The position numbers and the translations under genes were made by a program. Positions 59,189-64,000 of a stretch of 64,000 bases of DNA are shown here, piece by piece. The stretch's first letter is position 1. Every line of letters begins with the position of its first letter. The stretch covers positions 5,720,907-5,784,906 of the forward strand of contig CAVNZM010000001.1 of the NCBI GenBank assembly GCA_963693365.1. The letters are read 5' to 3'. The notes below the pieces were generated by a model. The model had not been told where the DNA came from. It made no database searches and saw only the letters and a program-made list of their open reading frames with translations. This stretch comes from Amoebidium appalachense (taxonomy: Eukaryota > Protista > Ichthyosporea).

Positions 59189-60472
59189 CTTGTTTTAACG
59201 TGTGCCGCTGTCCACGTGCATAGTTTTGTTGTGTTCACAGTCTGTATGCATCGCTTGTCGTATACTCGCGCGAATATCTGTCCACACATATGCAGGGCAA
59301 TTTGCACGTGTAACAGCACACACGTGATAACCAACCAACCATGCAGGTGTTCGTGTCTGCATGCAACATGCACATGCACGTGGCACGTACCACTCTTGTG
59401 GCACATGCAGGTGCATGTCATATGTAAAAAAATTATTCACCTACATTGTTCTACTCTAATTAGTTCCAATGAGGCCTAACTGTCCCCTCCTCTCTCCCCC
59501 CCCCCCCACCTACCCACCACCACCACGACCTTCACCGCCGCCACCACACACACACACACACCAGCTTTCCATCCCCTATTATCATTTCCCCGTCCCCGTT
59601 TCCTTTCAATCCCTTCCCCCCCCCCCCCCCCCCCCCTCCTCCTCCTCCTCCTCCTCAGCCCAGCTCACCACCACCAGCACCACACCCACACTCCTACCCT
59701 CCCCCCCCCCCCCCCCCCTCCCCGCGCCCCCTCTTCCTCCTCCTTCTTCTCCTCTTCTTCCCCCGCCTATCCACTCATGTCTTTCTCCCTCCCCAGCTTG
59801 CAACCGTGTGTGTGACGCTAGGAGACAACCCCTACGTGTGCTTCCTCTCAGCCAGCGACCGCACCCACAAGCTGGCAACAGCCCTGCAGGCCAGGCTGGA
59901 CCAGTTTGTCCAGGGTGGTGAGCTGAGCGCGGTACGTGATTTTAAAAGTTACCAGCCAATCATTATGGTGGTTGGTGCTGGTGTAGTTTGGGCCAGCTGC
60001 ACATGTACTGTCATGGTTTAGACACTCTGAAGCACTGAATCCCTGTGACACATCAGGTTTTTAAACCCACCACGTACTTGCAGCACACTCCTCGTTTGAG
60101 ATGTACCACTCTTGCATCCCCCCTTCCCCCCCTCTCCCCTTTACGCACGGCCCACCTTCCCACCTCCCCAACTCCTTATAGACCGTGCAGATGAATCATG
60201 AAGCATGCCTCTACCCAATGCACGTGCATTAAATTCCTCGTCACCCCCACCTGTTCATCTACACAAGTACACCCATGCCTCCCCTCCCAACGATCTGAGA
60301 ATGGGTGTTGCAATTGATGAGTGCTGGGGGTGTGGGTGTGATTTGCAGAATTGCTGCTTTGTCTGTCGTGGACGTGTACTTCGAACTCCCTTTCACGATC
60401 TTCCCCATCCCCATCCCCTTCCCCTTCCCCCCAACACACCGCACCCTACACACACGCACACACACGCGCACG

Positions 60473-60516
<44 letters not shown>

Positions 60517-60717
60517 CCAAGGCCTTTCATCCTTCTTCCTCTTTGCCCCCTCTCCCACCTTCCCACACACACACACACGTACACACACGCACACTTGGGG
60601 CCCTTTTAGAATGGGCTCTACTTATGGTGCATATTCTTGGGCTCTACTTCTGGTGCAATTTCTTTGCATTGTTTTCTGTGAAATCTGCATTGTGTTGTTC
60701 ATCTCTAAAACACATCC

Positions 60718-60750
<33 letters not shown>

Positions 60751-61335
60751 AAAACAAAAAAAAAACAGACGCAGACCAACCGAGCGCAGCTGCTGATTGT
60801 GGACCGTGCTGCTGACGTCATCACCCCCCTGCTGCATGAGCTCACCTACCAGGCCATGGCCTACGACCTCATGCCCCTCCCCGACGACGTGTTCAAGTAT
60901 GAACCATATACACCCTACCCCTTGCAACACACACACACACACACATAGGGACACACACGCATACACATACACACACATGCACACACAGGCACGCGCACAC
61001 ATACGCATACACCTGCATACCAAACACGTACACATACACACACATGCACACACAGGCACGCACACACATACACACACACATGCATACCAAACGCATGCAC
61101 ATACACATATATCCACACACAGGCACGCACACACATACGCATGCACCTGCTTCCAAACTCATACACACACATCCACCTATTTGTCCAGTTGCCCAGTCAC
61201 TCATTCGCTCGTCAGCCAAATCAAACAGCAGGGGAGGTGGGGATCAAAGCCTTCTTTTTAGGATTCCGAGGCTTGGAGCATGTTGGAACATGAGTGAGGT
61301 CAGGTCGATAGGCTTTGGTGTGTCCGGCGCCCCCG

Positions 61336-61375
<40 letters not shown>

Positions 61376-62912
61376 GGTAGGGGGGGAGGGGAGGGCGGGA
61401 GGAGGGGGGGGGGGATGTGGCTGCGATACAGTTCTGCAGATGTGTGCATGTGGGCGCGAGTTGGCCTGTATGTGATTGCATGTGCATATACGTAGGGGCT
61501 CCCTTTCGTGACACCTGACTGAGATCTGCGATAGCTTTCTTCAGAAGTCCTCTCTCCGTGACGACTCGCTGATTTCTAAGTTTTCTATACACCTTCAGAG
61601 CGTCAGCTGTCATTATTTTCGTGCACGCCAGCACAGTGACAACAACACAACCATGCACGTCGTATCTCCCTGTGTGTCTCGGTGCATGTGAATAGTTAGG
61701 TGTCTGTACGTATGTTCGTGTGTATTCCTTTGTGGTTGAACATTTGTAATCGTGAGTGTACATGTGTGCCTGCGTGTGCGTGTGTGTGTGTATGTGTGGG
61801 TGGGTGGGTATGGGTGTGGATGTGTGTGTTTGTGCCTCCGTGCATGTGCGCGTGTGTGTGTGGCTGTGTGGCTGTGGCTGTGTGCTGACCATGTGTGCAG
61901 GTTCAAGGGAGGGTCTGGTGAGCGCATGGCCATTCTCGGTGAGCAGGACAACCTGTGGACCACCATGCGCCACATGCACATCGGTGACGCCATGCCCTAC
62001 CTGGCTGACTGTACGTGCCCGTGCATGTGTCCATGCTCGTGTGTGTTTGTGGAGGGCTAAGAAATTGTGTGCCTGTGTGCAGAATGTTGATATTGGATTA
62101 TGTGTGCATGTCTTTGTCTTTGTGTACGTGTGCATGTGCGTGTGCATCATTGTGTAGGTGTGTCCACGCGGGTGCTTGTGCAGATGTGTAAGTTGCTCTG
62201 CATTTGGCGGTTTGCCTGTGTGCGCCTGTACGTGTATGTATGTGTGTGTGCTCGTGTGTGCATGTGTGTGTTTGCGCGTGGGCACATGCATACGTGCTGG
62301 TGTGGGTGTGTCCAAATGAATGTATATGTGTGTGTCTGCGCAGACATATGCGTTTGTGTGTCACTGTGGGGATGCACAGTACGGCGTTTCTTTAAGCACC
62401 ACGATCCGAACCAACAGGAAGGAAGCACACAAACCCAGTCCCTACTTTTTTTAGACTTGCCCACCCTTCATACCACATCACCCTAACCCAACCCATCCTT
62501 TTCCCTCCAGCGTTCAAGGAGTTCCGTGACCAGAAGAGCAAAGCCATCACACAGGGCAACAACATGAAAGACCTTCAGGCAATTATCAAAGCAGCACCGC
62601 AGCTCACAGAGCAGACCAACAAGTTTGAGCTGCACCTGGAGCTCAGCAACCAGCTCAATCGGATCAGGAGGGAGACGGGGCTGGATGACCTGTGTGTGGC
62701 CGAGCAGAACATGGTCATGGGAGAGGACGGGGAGGGCCAGAAGAAGAACCCCTTGCTCAATATCATCCAGCTGTTGCAGAGCAGCCAGGTAAGAATAAGA
62801 AAGAAAAGTGAAGGGGAAAAAAAACTTGGGGGGGGGGGGGGGGAGGGGGGGGGGGGGGGGGGGGGAGGGGGGGAGGGGGGAGGGTCGCAGGGAGGAAAGG
62901 GGGAGGCGGAAA

Positions 62913-62947
<35 letters not shown>

Positions 62948-63045
62948 AGGAGGAAAGGGGGGGGCAGGAAGAAGGGAGGGGGGAGGTTGGAGGGGGAGGA
63001 GTGGGAGGGGAGGGAGGGGAAGTGGGAGGCGGTTTGTGTGTGTGT

Positions 63046-63130
<85 letters not shown>

Positions 63131-64000
63131 AGGCACGGACCCGTCGGTTGGTGTGCATCGTAGAAGAGAGCTGCATGCACGAGAGAGGGTGGGTGGTGGG
63201 GCAACGTTTTAAGTTGTAGGGGAAGGAGCATGTGAAAATGGTGTGTTGTATGCATTCGTATGGGTGTGTGGCGTTGGTGGCGCAAGTCTGCTTGTGTGTG
63301 CACGTGTGCTCATGCGCGTGGCCTGTGGTTGTGCAGGTGCCGGTCAACAACAAGATCAGACTGCTGGCCCTGTATGTGCTGATCAAGGAGAAGGGCATCA
63401 GCACAAGGTGTGTACGTGTGGGTGTGGTGGTGGATGGGTGTGGGGGAGTGCATGTGGGTAGGTGTGTGTGTGGGTAGGTGGGTGTGCGTGTGGGTGGGTG
63501 GGTGGATGTGCGTGCGTGTGGGTGGGTGGGTATGCGTGCGTGTGGGTGGGTGGGTATGCGTGCGTGTGGGTGGGTGAGTGTGCGTGTGGGTGGGTGGATG
63601 GATGGGTGGGTGTGCCTTGTGCATGTGCGCGTGTTTGTGCATGTGTGTGGGTGGGTTTTGATGGGTGGGTGGCTGGGCAGGGGTGGGTGTGGATTGGGCG
63701 GTGAGGGCTTGGATAAGTGGGCTTGTTTGGTGGTGTTGGTGGGTGTTGGTTGGTTGGTTTTAGGAGGGGAGGGGGAGAGGGGAGGGGGGTAAGCTGCATT
63801 AGTGTGGGTGGAACGGGCGGACGGATGGAATGATGGTCGGGTGTGTGTGCGTGTGTATGTGCTTGCTCTGCTGGCGTGTGCATGTGTGTAAGGTTCGTGG
63901 CCCTCCGTTCTCTTGTTCCGCCTCTCCCCCTCTCCCCCCTCCCCTCCCCCCCACCCACCCACCCACCCAACGCACGTACACACATACACACATATAGAGG
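55267..64000 (+). CDS. SEC1: Sec1/Munc18 (STXBP-type SM protein), 5' ten exons; continues beyond the window
   Basis: In-phase exons 55267-55297 ([10 protein letters not shown]), 57097-57240 (WKVLVVD), 57541-57693 ([23 protein letters not shown]...YKAAHIF), 58457-58546 (ELNLDFL), 58894-59000 (ESNVFSLD), 59797-59931 ([12 protein letters not shown]), 60769-60896 (QLLIVDR...[16 protein letters not shown]), 61901-62010 ([10 protein letters not shown]), 62511-62788 (EQNMVMGED), 63337-~63407 (KIRLLALY). Confidence 0.95.
56159..56550. repeat. Two-copy ~195-bp tandem duplication in Sec1 intron 1
   Basis: gatgcacgggcatgct...cacttgctgggatagg...ccgatatcagcacacacttgtgcgtagtgtttc...aagtgaacctatgcctg occurs at ~56221-56345 and ~56416-56539. 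Confidence 0.9.

Overview
This is intron-dense eukaryotic DNA. A TAO kinase with an animal-type tail and a Munc18-type SM gene suggest a unicellular holozoan or other opisthokont (inference). Introns are packed with poly-G/C, (CA)n/(GT)n and (GA)n, so almost all ORFs in the supplied track are microsatellite artefacts. Splicing by eye gives five multi-exon genes: (1) an unknown minus-strand gene running off the left edge, whose 5' 2.7-kb exon block is tandemly triplicated; (2) an unknown plus-strand gene at 13.8-17.6 kb; (3) a ~20-kb TAO (STE20/GCK-VIII) kinase; (4) a spinster-like MFS transporter; (5) the 5' part of Sec1/Munc18. A mobile-element-rich stretch at 46-54 kb holds a LINE 3' fragment, a possible foldback element, an internally deleted pogo/Tigger transposon and an intronless, membrane-anchored bacterial-type PL6 (chondroitinase-B/alginate lyase) gene, a horizontal-transfer candidate. 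A ~145-bp dispersed element always sits in poly-G tracts, in one orientation and with a fixed end, suggesting a homopolymer-targeting retroposon. Exon coordinates are hand-derived and approximate unless stated.
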